Below are positions 43,377-55,419 of a stretch of 64,000 nucleotides of DNA, one piece after another; position 1 is the first letter of the stretch, and each line of letters starts with the position of its first letter. Location: the NCBI RefSeq assembly GCF_965641715.1, contig NZ_OZ282453.1. One strand, 5' to 3'. Made by a program: the position numbers and the translations under genes. The notes below the pieces were generated by a model, which saw only the letters and a list, made by a program, of their open reading frames with translations, searched no databases and had not been told where the DNA came from. The DNA is from Escherichia coli. GTDB taxonomy: Bacteria > Pseudomonadota > Gammaproteobacteria > Enterobacterales > Enterobacteriaceae.

Positions 43377-44003
43377 ATGATTACGCTGTGGGGTCGGAAT
43401 AATTCAACCAACGTAAAAAAAGTATTGCTGACGCTCGAAGAACTGGAACTACCTTATGAGCAAATTCTCGCGGGCCGTGAGTTTGGGATAAATCACGATG
43501 CTGATTTTCTGGCGATGAACCCTAACGGGCTGGTGCCGTTGTTACGTGACGACGAAAGTGATCTCATTCTTTGGGAATCAAACGCCATTGTCCGCTATCT
43601 GGCGGCACAGTACGGGCAAAAACGCCTGTGGATCGACTCACCGGCACGTCGTGCGGAAGCAGAAAAATGGATGGACTGGGCAAACCAGACACTCAGTAAT
43701 GCTCATCGCGGGATCCTGATGGGATTAGTCAGAACACCACCGGAAGAGCGCGATCAGGCCGCCATTGATGCCAGTTGCAAAGAGTGCGACGCCCTGTTTG
43801 CCCTGCTCGATGCGGAACTGGCAAAAGTAAAATGGTTCTCTGGCGACGAGTTTGGTGTGGGCGATATCGCTATCGCACCGTTCATCTACAATTTGTTTAA
43901 CGTTGGCCTGACCTGGACACCGCGTCCAAATCTGCAACGCTGGTATCAGCAACTCACTGAACGCCCCGCAGTGCGCAAAGTGGTGATGATTCCCGTTAGC
44001 TAA
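43377..44003 (+). CDS. gstB: glutathione S-transferase GstB (YliJ), 208 aa
   Basis: ORF track 43371..44003 (GTG) trimmed to ATG 43377 ([15 protein letters not shown]...). Confidence 0.9.
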
Positions 44004-45115
44004 TTGCGTGGGCTAACTTTAAGTAATTCCCCACTGGACTCGTCGGTGAGAACGTATAAATAACCGTCGGGTCCAGTGCGAACATCACGAATTCGCTGCC
44101 CTCTGTCCGTTAAAATACGGCCATCTTCTGTCACTTTGTCGCCGTTGACGCTCATCACAATGACATCTTTATCTTTCAGCGCGCCAATAAATAATTTTTG
44201 CTGCCACTGGGGGAATTTATCGCTGTTATAGAAGGCCATGCCGCTCACGGCGGGCGAATCTTTCCAGTAAAAAACAGGTTGCTCGGTCCCGGCGACGATC
44301 TCCCCTTTCGCTTCCGGTATCTTAAAGCCTGAATAGTTGATTCCCCAGGTTGCCAGCGGCCAGCCGTAGTTTTTGCCTTTTTGCGGGATATTAATTTCAT
44401 CACCACCGCGCGGGCCATGTTCATTCAGCCACAGTGCATTACTCCACGGATTCATCGCCATTCCTTGCGGATTACGAATGCCATAAGACCAGATCTCGGC
44501 GCGCGCACCGGATTCCTTTATAAAAGGATTATCATCCGGGATTTCGCCCTGGTCGGTCAGACGCACCAGTTTGCCCTGTAATTTATCCAGATCCTGCGCC
44601 GTCGGGCGCTGATTGTTTTCGCCCAGAGCAATAAAAAGATAACCTTTACCGTCGAATACCAGCCGCCCGCCAAAATGGTTGCCGGTAGACAGTTTTGGCA
44701 TCTGGCGAAAGACGGTGCGAAAGTCGGTCACTTTTGAGAGATCATCACTTAAGCGGCCATACCCCACAGCAGTTCCGGCTTTGCCATCATCGCCAACTTC
44801 GGAATAACTTAACCAGATGCGGCGAGACTGAGCAAAATCAGGCGCTAAAACCACGTCCAGCAGGCCGCCCTGCCCGTGCGCCCAAACGTCCGGAACTCCG
44901 GAAAGCGGCGCAGATAATCCTTTTCCTGCTTGCCAGTGACGCAACTCGCCGCCGCGCAGAGTGATTAACATACCGTGGTTATCGGGTAAAAAGGCCAGTG
45001 CCCAGGGATGGTCGAGTTTGTCTTGCAGTACTTCGACATTTACCGTTGCAGGAGCCGCCCAGAGAGCGGAAGAAAGACAAATAAGGGGCACAAGGAAAAA
45101 GAATTGTCGATGCAT
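44000..45115 (-). CDS. yliI: soluble aldose sugar dehydrogenase YliI (PQQ-dependent beta-propeller), 371 aa
   Basis: ORF track; signal peptide; matches E. coli YliI. Confidence 0.9.
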
Positions 45116-45225
45116 AACGCCTCCGGATTGACTCTGGCTTAAAGCGTAGTCAGTGGAGGAGATAACAAATTCATTTTTACAAAAACTTAAACATGAAGGG
45201 GGAGACGCTTTCTCCCCCTTAGTTT

Positions 45226-45609
45226 TCAGGCCTTCTCAAGCATGGCGTGCTTCTGCAGGCTCTGGATACTCAGCGTTAAGCTCATCAGACAATTTTCAAG
45301 CTTATCGGCGTTGACGGTAATAACAGTCGGGCAATCATGGTGCCCACTCATCAAACATACTGCGGCTGTCGCTAATGCTTCTTCAGCATGATGAAGAGCA
45401 CTCCACTCTTCCTGATCCAGATGAAGATTCAACCGCAGCGATTTATCGTGCAGTTCGCGATTCAGTTTAAAAAAGTTATCTCGTAGATGATTGCTTTCGC
45501 TGACGGACATGTATCCTTTTGCCTTCCTCAGTTGCACGTATGCAGCGAGGTCAACGCGTGCGTCGATCAACCGGTTCAGCAGATCGATTCGCTGTCTGTC
45601 AACGAACAT
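45226..45609 (-). CDS. bssR: biofilm regulator BssR (YliH), 127 aa
   Basis: ORF track 45226..45642 trimmed to ATG 45609 (MFVDRQRIDLLNRLIDARVDLAAYVQLRKAKGYMS...). Confidence 0.85.
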   Translation of the reverse strand: MFVDRQRIDLLNRLIDARVDLAAYVQLRKAKGYMSVSESNHLRDNFFKLNRELHDKSLRLNLHLDQEEWSALHHAEEALATAAVCLMSGHHDCPTVITVNADKLENCLMSLTLSIQSLQKHAMLEKA

Positions 45610-45821
45610 ACTTCGATCCTCCTCTTTCCAGCCTTGTTGCAATTAAATAGTATGGCTATTTTTTGAGCAAAATGCTGTCCAGGATCAATTCTTCACGCCG
45701 AATTAACAAAATTTACATTTCCTTCGCCTCCGCCAGCGAATGAGATTGCGATACAAATTTTATCCAGAACTCTGTAGAATCCCTGCCCTGACCTTTCCTG
45801 TAACTGAATATTTTTTAAGCT

Positions 45822-47147
45822 ATGAGCAAAGTAACTCCCCAGCCGAAAATCGGCTTTGTTTCCCTTGGCTGTCCGAAAAACCTTGTCGATTCAGAGCGTA
45901 TTCTCACCGAACTCCGCACTGAAGGTTATGACGTGGTACCGAGCTATGACGATGCGGACATGGTGATCGTCAACACCTGCGGCTTTATTGACAGCGCGGT
46001 ACAAGAATCACTGGAAGCCATTGGTGAAGCGTTGAATGAAAACGGCAAGGTAATTGTGACCGGTTGTCTGGGGGCAAAAGAAGATCAGATCCGCGAAGTC
46101 CACCCGAAAGTGCTGGAAATCACCGGGCCTCATAGCTATGAGCAGGTTCTGGAGCACGTTCATCACTACGTGCCAAAACCGAAACACAACCCATTCCTGA
46201 GCCTGGTGCCAGAACAAGGTGTCAAACTGACGCCGCGTCATTATGCCTATCTGAAAATTTCTGAAGGCTGTAATCACCGCTGCACCTTCTGCATTATTCC
46301 GTCTATGCGCGGCGACCTGGTGAGCCGTCCGATTGGCGAAGTATTAAGTGAAGCGAAACGTCTGGTAGATGCGGGCGTTAAAGAGATTCTGGTGATCTCG
46401 CAGGATACTTCCGCCTATGGCGTTGATGTTAAACATCGTACTGGCTTCCACAACGGCGAGCCGGTAAAAACCAGCATGGTCAGCCTGTGCGAACAGTTAT
46501 CGAAACTGGGGATCTGGACACGTCTGCACTACGTTTACCCTTATCCGCATGTGGACGACGTCATCCCACTGATGGCAGAAGGCAAAATCCTGCCGTATCT
46601 GGACATTCCGTTGCAGCACGCCAGCCCGCGCATTCTCAAACTGATGAAGCGTCCGGGTTCTGTAGATCGCCAACTGGCGCGCATCAAACAGTGGCGCGAA
46701 ATCTGCCCGGAACTGACCCTACGCTCAACCTTTATTGTCGGCTTCCCTGGCGAGACGGAAGAAGATTTCCAGATGCTACTCGACTTCCTGAAAGAAGCGC
46801 GTCTGGATCGCGTTGGCTGCTTTAAATACAGCCCGGTTGAAGGTGCAGACGCCAATGCCCTGCCTGACCAGGTTCCGGAAGAAGTGAAAGAAGAACGCTG
46901 GAACCGTTTCATGCAGTTGCAGCAGCAGATTTCCGCCGAGCGCCTGCAAGAGAAAGTGGGCCGTGAAATTCTGGTGATTATCGACGAAGTGGACGAAGAA
47001 GGCGCGATTGGTCGCAGCATGGCAGATGCACCGGAAATCGACGGCGCGGTTTATCTCAATGGTGAAACCAACGTTAAGCCGGGTGATATCCTGCGTGTGA
47101 AAGTCGAGCACGCCGATGAGTACGATTTGTGGGGTAGCCGGGTTTAA
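45822..47147 (+). CDS. rimO: ribosomal protein S12 methylthiotransferase RimO (radical SAM), 441 aa
   Basis: ORF track; radical-SAM CxxxCxxC (CNHRCTFC) and N-terminal MTTase cysteines; matches E. coli RimO. Confidence 0.95.
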
Positions 47148-47331
47148 TTAATCTAAAGGCAGATCTAACAAGGATATTGTTCTTCGATCTGCCTCTACTA
47201 CCCTTCCCGATGTCCTACCCTTACGCACAAAATCCCCTGACGCATAAATCGAGAAAAATGAATCGTACTCGAGGCAACTCTCACTTTTTCACACCAAATT
47301 AAAGTTTTGATCGCAATTACTTGAAATAAGC

Positions 47332-47357
47332 GTAATGGTTACTATAGTAAACATTAC
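47332..47357. promoter_or_regulatory. near-perfect 26-bp palindrome (GTAATGGTTACTA|TAGTAAACATTAC) upstream of the toxin gene; probable autoregulatory operator overlapping a -10-like TATAGT
   Basis: 12 of 13 arm positions are self-complementary; ends 15 bp before the toxin ATG. Confidence 0.5.
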
Positions 47358-47372
47358 CACAAGGATGGATGT

Positions 47373-47759
47373 ATGGGTGTGTATAAGGCAAGGCGATTCA
47401 GCCAAAGCACGAAAAAACTTGGTATTCACGATAAAGTTCTCATGGCTGCCGCTGAAGAAGTGATGCAAGGCATATGGGAAGCTGATTTAGGTAGCGGTGT
47501 CATCAAAAAACGGTTACCCCTCCAACAAGGAAAGAGTGGTGGAGCCAGAACAATTATCTTTTTTAAATCAGCAAATCATGTGTTTTTTTATGATGGTTGG
47601 TCCAAGAGTGGTCTAAGCAGTAAAGGAAGCAAAGAAATCGAAGATGATGAACTGGCAGCCTACAAAAAAATGGCAAATGCATTTCTGGCCTTTAGCAATA
47701 AGCAAATAGAGGATTTGATCGAAACTGGCTTCTTGATTGAGGTGAAAAATGAGCGATAA
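47373..47759 (+). CDS. type II toxin, HigB-2-like (RelE/ParE superfamily), 128 aa; not part of the K-12 backbone
   Basis: Motif GKSGGARTIIFF resembles the GGxRxIYYF core of HigB-2-type toxins; toxin-first order with an 11-nt overlap onto an XRE-HTH gene; AAGGA SD. Confidence 0.75.
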   Translation: MGVYKARRFSQSTKKLGIHDKVLMAAAEEVMQGIWEADLGSGVIKKRLPLQQGKSGGARTIIFFKSANHVFFYDGWSKSGLSSKGSKEIEDDELAAYKKMANAFLAFSNKQIEDLIETGFLIEVKNER

Positions 47760-48078
47760 ATTACAAATGATGCTGGAAGATGCAAAGGAACTGAATGCAC
47801 TGGGCCTGATGTCTGATAGTGAGGTTGATGCCATTGCCGTCATGGTCAAAGCCCGTGAAGTCAGCGCCCGTATAGCCAAAGTCAAATCAATGACGGGTGA
47901 AGAGATCAAAGCCATCCGCACCCGATACGGCATGTCACAATCCGTGCTGGCACATACAATGGGAATGTCAAAAGAAAGTGTCTCGAAATGGGAACGTAAT
48001 GAAATAAAACCGAGCGGCCCGGCACTACGTATTTTGAATACATTGGCAATAAAAGGGCCGGAAGTTTTTGCAAAGTAA
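47749..48078 (+). CDS. antitoxin, HigA-2/NadS-like XRE-family HTH protein, 109 aa
   Basis: C-terminal HTH (IRTRYGMSQSVLAHTMGMSKESVSKWERNEIKPSGPALRILN) typical of COG2944-type antitoxins; translationally coupled to the upstream toxin; GAGGTG SD. Confidence 0.75.
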   Translation: MSDKLQMMLEDAKELNALGLMSDSEVDAIAVMVKAREVSARIAKVKSMTGEEIKAIRTRYGMSQSVLAHTMGMSKESVSKWERNEIKPSGPALRILNTLAIKGPEVFAK

Positions 48079-48107
48079 AATGTTTGCAAATGATTTACCA
48101 CATTCAT

Positions 48108-48133
48108 TAGTACCCCTTGATTCAGGGGTACTA
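48108..48133. terminator. hairpin between the convergent antitoxin and dgcI 3' ends (stem tagtacccc / ggggtacta)
   Basis: 9-bp perfect stem, 8-nt loop, moderately T-rich flank; candidate bidirectional terminator. Confidence 0.45.
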
Positions 48134-48147
48134 ACACTATTCTAATT

Positions 48148-49476
48148 CTACTGCCAGCTAATCTGTGCCCTGCCGTTTTTCTTACTCTTATACAGCCGCT
48201 CATCCGCCAGCATTTTCAAGCGTTCGACGGTAGTACATTCATTTGAATGCGCTACACCGATACTGGTACTTAAATTAATGCTTCCCACCTGGAAATGAAC
48301 GATTTCTTTTAGAATCGATAGTAACTCTTCCAGCGTGCCGCCAGTATAAATCACCGCAAATTCGTCACCGCCGAAGCGGTAGACTTTACCTTTATCTACC
48401 GGGATCTGTGATTTAAGGATTTTCACCACTTTCATCAACACTTCATCGCCCAGCAAATGACCGAAGGTGTCGTTAATATTTTTGAATTTATCGACGTCAA
48501 ACAGGCACAAATAACCGCCTTTTTCCGGCAGCGCTTTTAAATCTTCGTCAAAGGATTTTCTGCCCATTGCTTTGGTCAGGTCGTCCAGGAACGCCGAGTT
48601 ATACATACTGTAGAGTTTTTTGACATCGGCAGCCGAAAAGAAAAGCCCGCCATCCAGTACGCGTTCAAAATGGTTATTAATAATGGCTTCTTTCTCCACA
48701 ATACCACGATTAATCACTCTGCGTACCAGATAGAGGCAACTGGTACCCGATATCACTGCCACCAATGCGGCAAAGAAAATAATCAATGTACAAACCCGCA
48801 AATAAACATCTTTTTTATACGCAAATACGTACAATCCGGTCGGCAAATAGGCGAAGTGCTCCATCGCTTCCGAAACGGTGAAGATGGCGTTTTTAGCATT
48901 ATATTCATCACCGGTCACCGGTTTACCGTTCTTAAACAGAGAGAACATCAGGTTCTCGCTGTCCATCGCCAGCGATTTTGACAGTAAAGAAAAACGCTCC
49001 AGACCAAGCAAAAATATCAGACTACGATTGTGAGTTACCGGATAGAGGTAATAGACGAAGGTTTTACCGTCAAAAGAGATAAACCCTGTATTTTTGACAT
49101 GTCGATACTTCACAACCTGCATAATATCTGCACAATAATTTTTCTCGAACTCCTTTACCTGAATACATTCGTCACTGGAAATCAGATAAGGACCGACATC
49201 GTACAAATAAGAGGGTGAAACCGAGTCGGCGTAAGCTGTGCGCAAGCCAACCAACAGCTGTTCCTCCGTGGGATTTAGCGTGTTGATAAGATCAATTGCC
49301 ACGCTACGACGATATTCAGCAATATTTGCCACCGCAAAAGCAGTATCAATAACGGACTGTTTCAGGCTATACACCCGTTCCTTTACCATTTGAGTGTAGA
49401 TCCCGCAGGCAACTGCTGAAATCATGATAAAAATCAGCAGACTGACTGTAAGTACGAACTTATTGATTCTGGACAT
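48148..49476 (-). CDS. dgcI: diguanylate cyclase DgcI (YliF), GGDEF domain, 442 aa
   Basis: ORF track; GGDEF motif RFGGDEF in the C-terminal domain; matches E. coli YliF. Confidence 0.9.
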   Translation of the reverse strand: MSRINKFVLTVSLLIFIMISAVACGIYTQMVKERVYSLKQSVIDTAFAVANIAEYRRSVAIDLINTLNPTEEQLLVGLRTAYADSVSPSYLYDVGPYLISSDECIQVKEFEKNYCADIMQVVKYRHVKNTGFISFDGKTFVYYLYPVTHNRSLIFLLGLERFSLLSKSLAMDSENLMFSLFKNGKPVTGDEYNAKNAIFTVSEAMEHFAYLPTGLYVFAYKKDVYLRVCTLIIFFAALVAVISGTSCLYLVRRVINRGIVEKEAIINNHFERVLDGGLFFSAADVKKLYSMYNSAFLDDLTKAMGRKSFDEDLKALPEKGGYLCLFDVDKFKNINDTFGHLLGDEVLMKVVKILKSQIPVDKGKVYRFGGDEFAVIYTGGTLEELLSILKEIVHFQVGSINLSTSIGVAHSNECTTVERLKMLADERLYKSKKNGRAQISWQ

Positions 49477-49483
49477 ACGTAAA

Positions 49484-51832
49484 CTACTCTTTTACTAATT
49501 TTCCACTTTTATCCCAGGCGGAGAATGGCATGGGTTTCTGGTACAGATACCCCTGAGCCTGAACACATCCTAATTTGATTAATTCGCGCGCAACGTCTTC
49601 GCTCTCTACGCCTTCCGCAATCACCGGGATCCGGTTATAGCGTGCCAGGTCGAAAATAATGCGCACAATTTTTCCCGCAGTACCGAAAATATCGCCGGTA
49701 AATTGCGAGTCCACCTTTATGCTGTCTGGATTAATTTCATAAAAACGTTTCAGGTTTGACAAACCGGTGCCAAAGTCATCAATCGATATCCGTACCCCTT
49801 GTTTACGCAGTTGTTCAATATTGAGATAAAAATGTTCATTAATTCGCTCGATCACGGTTTCAGTGATCTCAACACAGAGGCTGTTCGCCTTCAGGCCATT
49901 TTCTTTCATGATGGTGGTAAAACGCTCATGAAAGTGCGGTTCGTTTAACTGCCAGGGCGAAACATTAATATGCAGTAAGAAATCATCCTTCAGCGACGCA
50001 CGCTGACTAAAATGTCTGAATTCACCCATTGCCGTTTTAATAATCTGATAACCCAGCTCATTGATAAACCCGATATCTTCAGCAATGGTAATGAACTTCA
50101 GCGGTGAAATGATCCCCCGCTCCGCAGACACCCAACGGCACAACGCCTCCGCGCCCAGAATGGCGCGGGTGTTAATATCAACGATCGGTTGATAGACAAG
50201 GAATAGTTCGCCAATTTCCATTGCATGGCGAATATTACGCGCAATCCAGATATTCTCTTCTATTTCGTTGAGTTTCGCGTCATCACAGAAAATAAACTCG
50301 GAGAACATATGGTCACGGATACTGGAAATCGCCAGTTTCAGTTTTTCTGCGTAACTCCAGGCGTTTTCCCCCTGCAAAGGTTCACAAATGGCAGACTTAT
50401 GGATGCGCAGATTGCGGTAGCCAAAGCTGCTGTCAAAATCGTTTACCATCGCTATTTTACGGGTAAATGTCTGTACATTTTCCCGACACAGAAGTAAATA
50501 GAGATCGGCATTGAATGTCACGATATCGCAGCATTGTGCATATTTCTCAGCAATTCGCTGACACAATTTCCTGACGATTTTATTGCGTTCATCAACACCA
50601 AACACCGCTTCCACGGCTTCCAGACCACACAGTTTGATGATCCCCACAGCCAGATACTGATTATTGTTGGACTCAATAATCGCCATATTTTTAATAAAAC
50701 CACTTTCCTGATCGTAAGAGATCAGTGAGAGCAATTTATTTGACCGTTCAATTTCGGCATCTTTCATTTCCGCGATCGAATTTTTGATGCTGATAATCTC
50801 TTTCGCATCGCCTTCGCGAATTTTCAGAGCCTCGATCTGATCCGTTGAGTCAGGCAAAAACGCCAGCGTATTAACCAACTCGGTCATTTCAGAAAATTGC
50901 CGACGGAACACACGAGTGGTCATTAAATAAACCACCAGCAATACGATAATAATGAACGCAAACGGCAGATAAAAAAGTTTATCTGATGCGTTCAATAAAT
51001 TACCGCCCGGATAATAAAAATAGATTTCGAATAATGCGTTGTTTGGCACCGCTGATGTTTTTTCGATATATTCAGTATCGACAGAATCAATAATATTATA
51101 ATTACCTTCGCTATTATAAATAATCAGTTTTTCACGAGCGAGTTGATTCTTGGCAATGATCTCATGGCCTTGTTTCAAAAATAGAACTTCATCATTAGCG
51201 CTGATTTGATCAAGATACTCGTTCAGATATCGCCAGTTTAAATCGACATGAATTTTATCCACCGCTAACAAATCGTGATCTTTGCCGTTGATGCGTAGCG
51301 TAAAAGAGATACATTTTTTACCCGGACGATCAAAGCAATTGTATGCCGGATTCCAGCTGTTGTTAGAGTCATCTGAAGCCACCGACCACGGTCGTTTCGA
51401 TGGGTTAAAATCGGCAAAAATAACCCGCCCTGACTCGTCGACAAGCGGTCCATTTACTTGTTCCTGATGATAAACAACGATTTTATCGTTCGCCCTCCGC
51501 GAAAAGAGATAATATTTATTATCATCAAGTACCAGTCCCACCGAGTCTAAAAATGGCATCATTTCCATTTTCAGGATCACAGCGCGTTGAATCTCCTCTG
51601 TATTTTTTAATAAATACAGTGAGTCCTTTAATGTCAGGGCCGAACGTTCAATATCTTTAAAGAAATAGCCAACGTTTTTCTGAATAAGTTCAAAGCGGCT
51701 ATCGGCACGTTTTACCGCGCGTTCCGATACCAGTTGATAGTTAATGATGAAAAAAAGGCCAATAAATGACAGTGCTGCCAATAAAAATAAAATTATCAGC
51801 CTTATCTTTATCTTTTCGTATAAACTCAGCAT
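49484..51832 (-). CDS. pdeI: c-di-GMP phosphodiesterase PdeI (YliE), EAL domain, 782 aa
   Basis: ORF track 49484..51910 trimmed to ATG 51832 ([18 protein letters not shown]...); EAL-domain signature in the C-terminal third. Confidence 0.9.
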   Translation of the reverse strand: MLSLYEKIKIRLIILFLLAALSFIGLFFIINYQLVSERAVKRADSRFELIQKNVGYFFKDIERSALTLKDSLYLLKNTEEIQRAVILKMEMMPFLDSVGLVLDDNKYYLFSRRANDKIVVYHQEQVNGPLVDESGRVIFADFNPSKRPWSVASDDSNNSWNPAYNCFDRPGKKCISFTLRINGKDHDLLAVDKIHVDLNWRYLNEYLDQISANDEVLFLKQGHEIIAKNQLAREKLIIYNSEGNYNIIDSVDTEYIEKTSAVPNNALFEIYFYYPGGNLLNASDKLFYLPFAFIIIVLLVVYLMTTRVFRRQFSEMTELVNTLAFLPDSTDQIEALKIREGDAKEIISIKNSIAEMKDAEIERSNKLLSLISYDQESGFIKNMAIIESNNNQYLAVGIIKLCGLEAVEAVFGVDERNKIVRKLCQRIAEKYAQCCDIVTFNADLYLLLCRENVQTFTRKIAMVNDFDSSFGYRNLRIHKSAICEPLQGENAWSYAEKLKLAISSIRDHMFSEFIFCDDAKLNEIEENIWIARNIRHAMEIGELFLVYQPIVDINTRAILGAEALCRWVSAERGIISPLKFITIAEDIGFINELGYQIIKTAMGEFRHFSQRASLKDDFLLHINVSPWQLNEPHFHERFTTIMKENGLKANSLCVEITETVIERINEHFYLNIEQLRKQGVRISIDDFGTGLSNLKRFYEINPDSIKVDSQFTGDIFGTAGKIVRIIFDLARYNRIPVIAEGVESEDVARELIKLGCVQAQGYLYQKPMPFSAWDKSGKLVKE

Positions 51833-52009
51833 GTTAATACATTTAACAAAATAACTGTCTGAACGCTGTGCCGCTGCAAAAACAGTCCCTTGCTGCGGCT
51901 TTTTAACCAAATTACCCGATTCTACAAAATCAGCAGAAAGTTACAACACTTGCTTAGGGCAATAATTTCCTGTGAGGTGATTACTCTTTCAAGCAATATT
52001 CAAACGTAA

Positions 52010-52921
52010 CTATCCTTTAATTTTCGGATCCAGCGCATCGCGTAAACCATCGCCCAACAAATTGAACGCCAATACAGTCAGAAAAATAGCCAGGGCCGGA
52101 AAAACAGCGACATGCGGCGCGATAACCATATCCGCTCGAGCCTCATTGAGCATTGCTCCCCACTCTGGTGTCGGCGGCTGCGCACCGAGGCCGAGAAATG
52201 ACAGGCTGGCGGCAGAGATAATCGAGGTACCAATGCGCATGGTGAAAAACACCACGATAGAAGAGACGGTCCCAGGCAGGATATGACGCAACAAAACGGT
52301 CATATCGCTGGCACCAATACTGCGTGCTGACTCAATAAAGGTTTGCTGTTTCAACACCAGCGTGTTGCCGCGCACCAGGCGGGCAAACGCGGGGATGGAA
52401 AAAATGGCGACTGCGATAATCACGTTAGCAATGCCGCTTCCCAACACCGCAACAACAGCGATCGCCAGTAAAATACCCGGGAAGGCAAACAGCACATCGC
52501 AAATGCGCATGATCAGCCGATCCCACCAGCCTTCATAATATCCAGCCAACAAGCCCAGCAACGTCCCTATCGCCGCACCGATAAACACGGCAAACACGCC
52601 CGCCGCCAGCGAGATTTGCGCACCAACCAGGACACGGCTGAAAATGTCGCGCCCCAGTGAATCGACGCCAAACCAGTGCTGCAAAGAAGGTCCGTTATTC
52701 AGATTGTCATAATCAAAATAATTTTCGGCGTCATAGGGAGCGATCCAGCGTGCAAAAATGGCCACCACAATCAATAAAATAACGAATAATGCGGCGGTCA
52801 TCGCCATATGCTGACGGCGAAATCGTCGCCAGAATTCATGCCACGGTGTACGTACCTGGTCAGGTTTGACCAGTGGCATGGCGTTTAACACCGCCTGACG
52901 TCGCCAGTTAAATAGTCGCAT
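52010..52921 (-). CDS. gsiD: glutathione ABC transporter permease, 303 aa
   Basis: ORF track; matches E. coli GsiD. Confidence 0.95.
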
Positions 52922-52923
52922 CC

Positions 52924-53844
52924 TTACTTGTACCTGATAGCCGGGTTAATGGCGGCGTAAAGCACATCCACCACTAAGTTGATAAGAATAAATTCCAGCG
53001 AGAAAAGCAGAATTTCCGCCTGAATCACCGGGTAATCGCGCATTTCTACGGAGTCAACGAGTAAGCGTCCAAGTCCGGGCCAGTTGAAAACTTTCTCCAC
53101 CACGATGGAACCACCGAGCAAAAAGCCAAACTGTAAGCCCATCATGGTCACTACCGGGATCATCGCGTTGCGTAGCCCGTGTTTGAGGACAACCCAGGTT
53201 TCGCTCACCCCTTTCGCCCTCGCGGTACGCATATAATCTTCGCTTAAAACGTCGACAAACGACGCGCGGGTAAAGCGCGCCATCACGGCGGCCACTGCCG
53301 CGCCGAGCGTCAGGGAGGGTAAAATGTAGTGCTGCCAACTGTCTGCTCCCACGGTAGGCAGCCAGCCCAGTTCAACGGAGAATACCTGAATTAAAAGCAT
53401 CCCCAGCGCAAATGCCGGAAACGAGATCCCCGACACCGCAATGGTCATACTCAATCGATCCGGCCAACGGTTACGCCAGACGGCGGCGATAATTCCCGCC
53501 GCCATACCAAATATCACCGCCCAGACCATACTGGTTATGGTCAGCCACAGCGTTGGCATAAAGCGGCTGGCAATCTCATCGGCAACCGGACGACGCGACA
53601 CCATCGACAGGCCAAAATCCCCCTGCACAGCATTGCTGATATAGTGCCAGAACTGGTGATACAGCGGCTGATCCAACCCCAGCTGCTGACGCACCAGTTC
53701 TATAACCTGCGCATCAGCTTCGGGCCCGGCAATCAATCGCGCCGGATCGCCGGGCAGCATATGCACAAATAAAAACACCAGCACCGAGACGATAAACAGC
53801 GTCGGAATCAACCCCAGTAAGCGTTTGATAACGTAATTAAGCAT
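52924..53844 (-). CDS. gsiC: glutathione ABC transporter permease, 306 aa
   Basis: ORF track; matches E. coli GsiC. Confidence 0.95.
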
Positions 53845-53861
53845 TCCACTCCCTGCGTTGC

Positions 53862-55400
53862 TTATTGCAAATCCGCGTCTTCAAAGCTGAAGCCGGTGTC
53901 TGGCATGATCCAAAAACCGGTCAGGTTTTTACTGTGTGCCGACACCAGTTTTTCTACCACCAGCGGGATCCACGGCGACTCTTGCCAGATGATATCCTGC
54001 GCCGCCTTATACAAGCGGGTCTTTTCCGCCGGATCATTAGTTTTCAGTGCCTGAGCCAGGAAGTCATCCACCTGTTTATTGCTGTAAAACGCGGTATTAA
54101 ACAGCGTCGGTGGCCAGTTCTGCGAGGCAAACAGCGGCGATAGTGCCCAGTCCGCTTCGCCGGTTGAAGCCGACCAGCCAGTGTAGAACATCCGCACGCC
54201 GCTCTCTTTTTGCCCTTTACCTTCAACTTCTGCCGCCCGCTGTCCGGCATCCATCGCAGTCACCTGGGCTTTAATCCCGACCTGCGCTAACTGCTGCTGA
54301 GTAAATTGCAGCACTTTCTGCGCGGTGCTGTGGTTATGTGACGACCACAGCGTGGTACTGAAACCGTTGGGATATCCCGCCTCTTTCAGTAATTCGCGCG
54401 CTTTCACTGGATCGTAAGGCCACGGTTTATAACTTTGCGCGTAGGCGATACTCGGCGGTACCACACCAGTAGCTGGCGTTGCATAGCCCGCGAAGGCCAC
54501 TTTCACCAGCGCTGGACGGTTAATGGCGTAATTCAGCGCCTCACGGACCTTCGGGTTATCGAATGGCTTTTGCGTCACGTTCATACTGATATAACGCTGC
54601 ATAATTGACGGACTGGCCATCAACTCGATATTTTTGTTTTTCTCCAGCAGTGCGGCCTGCTCGTAAGGAATGGGGAAAGCAAACTGCGCTTCACCGGTTT
54701 GCAGCATTGCCGCGCGGGTGTTGTTATCCGCCACCGGACGCCAGGTTATGCTGTCCAGTTTGGGCAATCCTGACTGCCAGTAACCCGCGAATTTTTTCAC
54801 CTTCACAAAATCGGTCTGATTCCAGGTATCCAGTTCATACGGTCCGGTTCCCACCGGATGAAAACCAATCTCCTTGCCATATTTTTCCAGCGCTGCCGGT
54901 GAAATCATCGCGGTCGCCGGATGGGCAAGAATATTAATAAACGCTGAGAACGGCTGTTTGAGGGTAATCTTTACCGTTGTCGAATCGATCGCTTCCGTTT
55001 TGGCAATATTCTTATACAGGTTGTAGCGTTTAAGATGATTCGCCGGATCGCTGGCCCGGTCCAGATTCGCTTTCACCGCTGCGGCGTTGAAATCGGTGCC
55101 ATCCTGGAATTTAATTCCTTCCCGCAATTTCACGGTGTAAGTAATGCCGTCATCGGAAACGGTATAACTCTCCGCCAGCACGTTTTTCAGTTTCATCTCT
55201 TTATCCAGACCGAACAGCCCCTGGTAAAACGATTTCGCTACGGCCTGAGATAACGTGTCATTCGCGTCATACGGATCGAGCGTGGTGAAATTCGATCCTA
55301 CCGCCACCACCACATCTTTGGCAGCGAATGCACAAGATGCCATCAACGCTGTCGCAATGCCCAGCGCCACTAACCCACTACGGTGTACAGCTCTTGCCAT
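53862..55400 (-). CDS. gsiB: glutathione-binding periplasmic protein, 512 aa
   Basis: ORF track 53862..55667 trimmed to ATG 55400 ([26 protein letters not shown], signal peptide). Confidence 0.95.
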   Translation of the reverse strand: MARAVHRSGLVALGIATALMASCAFAAKDVVVAVGSNFTTLDPYDANDTLSQAVAKSFYQGLFGLDKEMKLKNVLAESYTVSDDGITYTVKLREGIKFQDGTDFNAAAVKANLDRASDPANHLKRYNLYKNIAKTEAIDSTTVKITLKQPFSAFINILAHPATAMISPAALEKYGKEIGFHPVGTGPYELDTWNQTDFVKVKKFAGYWQSGLPKLDSITWRPVADNNTRAAMLQTGEAQFAFPIPYEQAALLEKNKNIELMASPSIMQRYISMNVTQKPFDNPKVREALNYAINRPALVKVAFAGYATPATGVVPPSIAYAQSYKPWPYDPVKARELLKEAGYPNGFSTTLWSSHNHSTAQKVLQFTQQQLAQVGIKAQVTAMDAGQRAAEVEGKGQKESGVRMFYTGWSASTGEADWALSPLFASQNWPPTLFNTAFYSNKQVDDFLAQALKTNDPAEKTRLYKAAQDIIWQESPWIPLVVEKLVSAHSKNLTGFWIMPDTGFSFEDADLQ

Positions 55401-55419
55401 TTTATTCTCCGCCTGAATG

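Noticed and set aside
47157-47194. Hairpin aggcagatc-N20-gatctgcct just after rimO
   Set aside because: Long 20-nt loop and no U-tract; could be a weak terminator or the islet junction, but evidence is insufficient to annotate.
47613-48203. 196-aa minus-strand ORF spanning the toxin-antitoxin pair
   Set aside because: Antisense to two well-supported, translationally coupled genes; low-complexity Ser/Ala-rich translation; runs into the dgcI 3' end.
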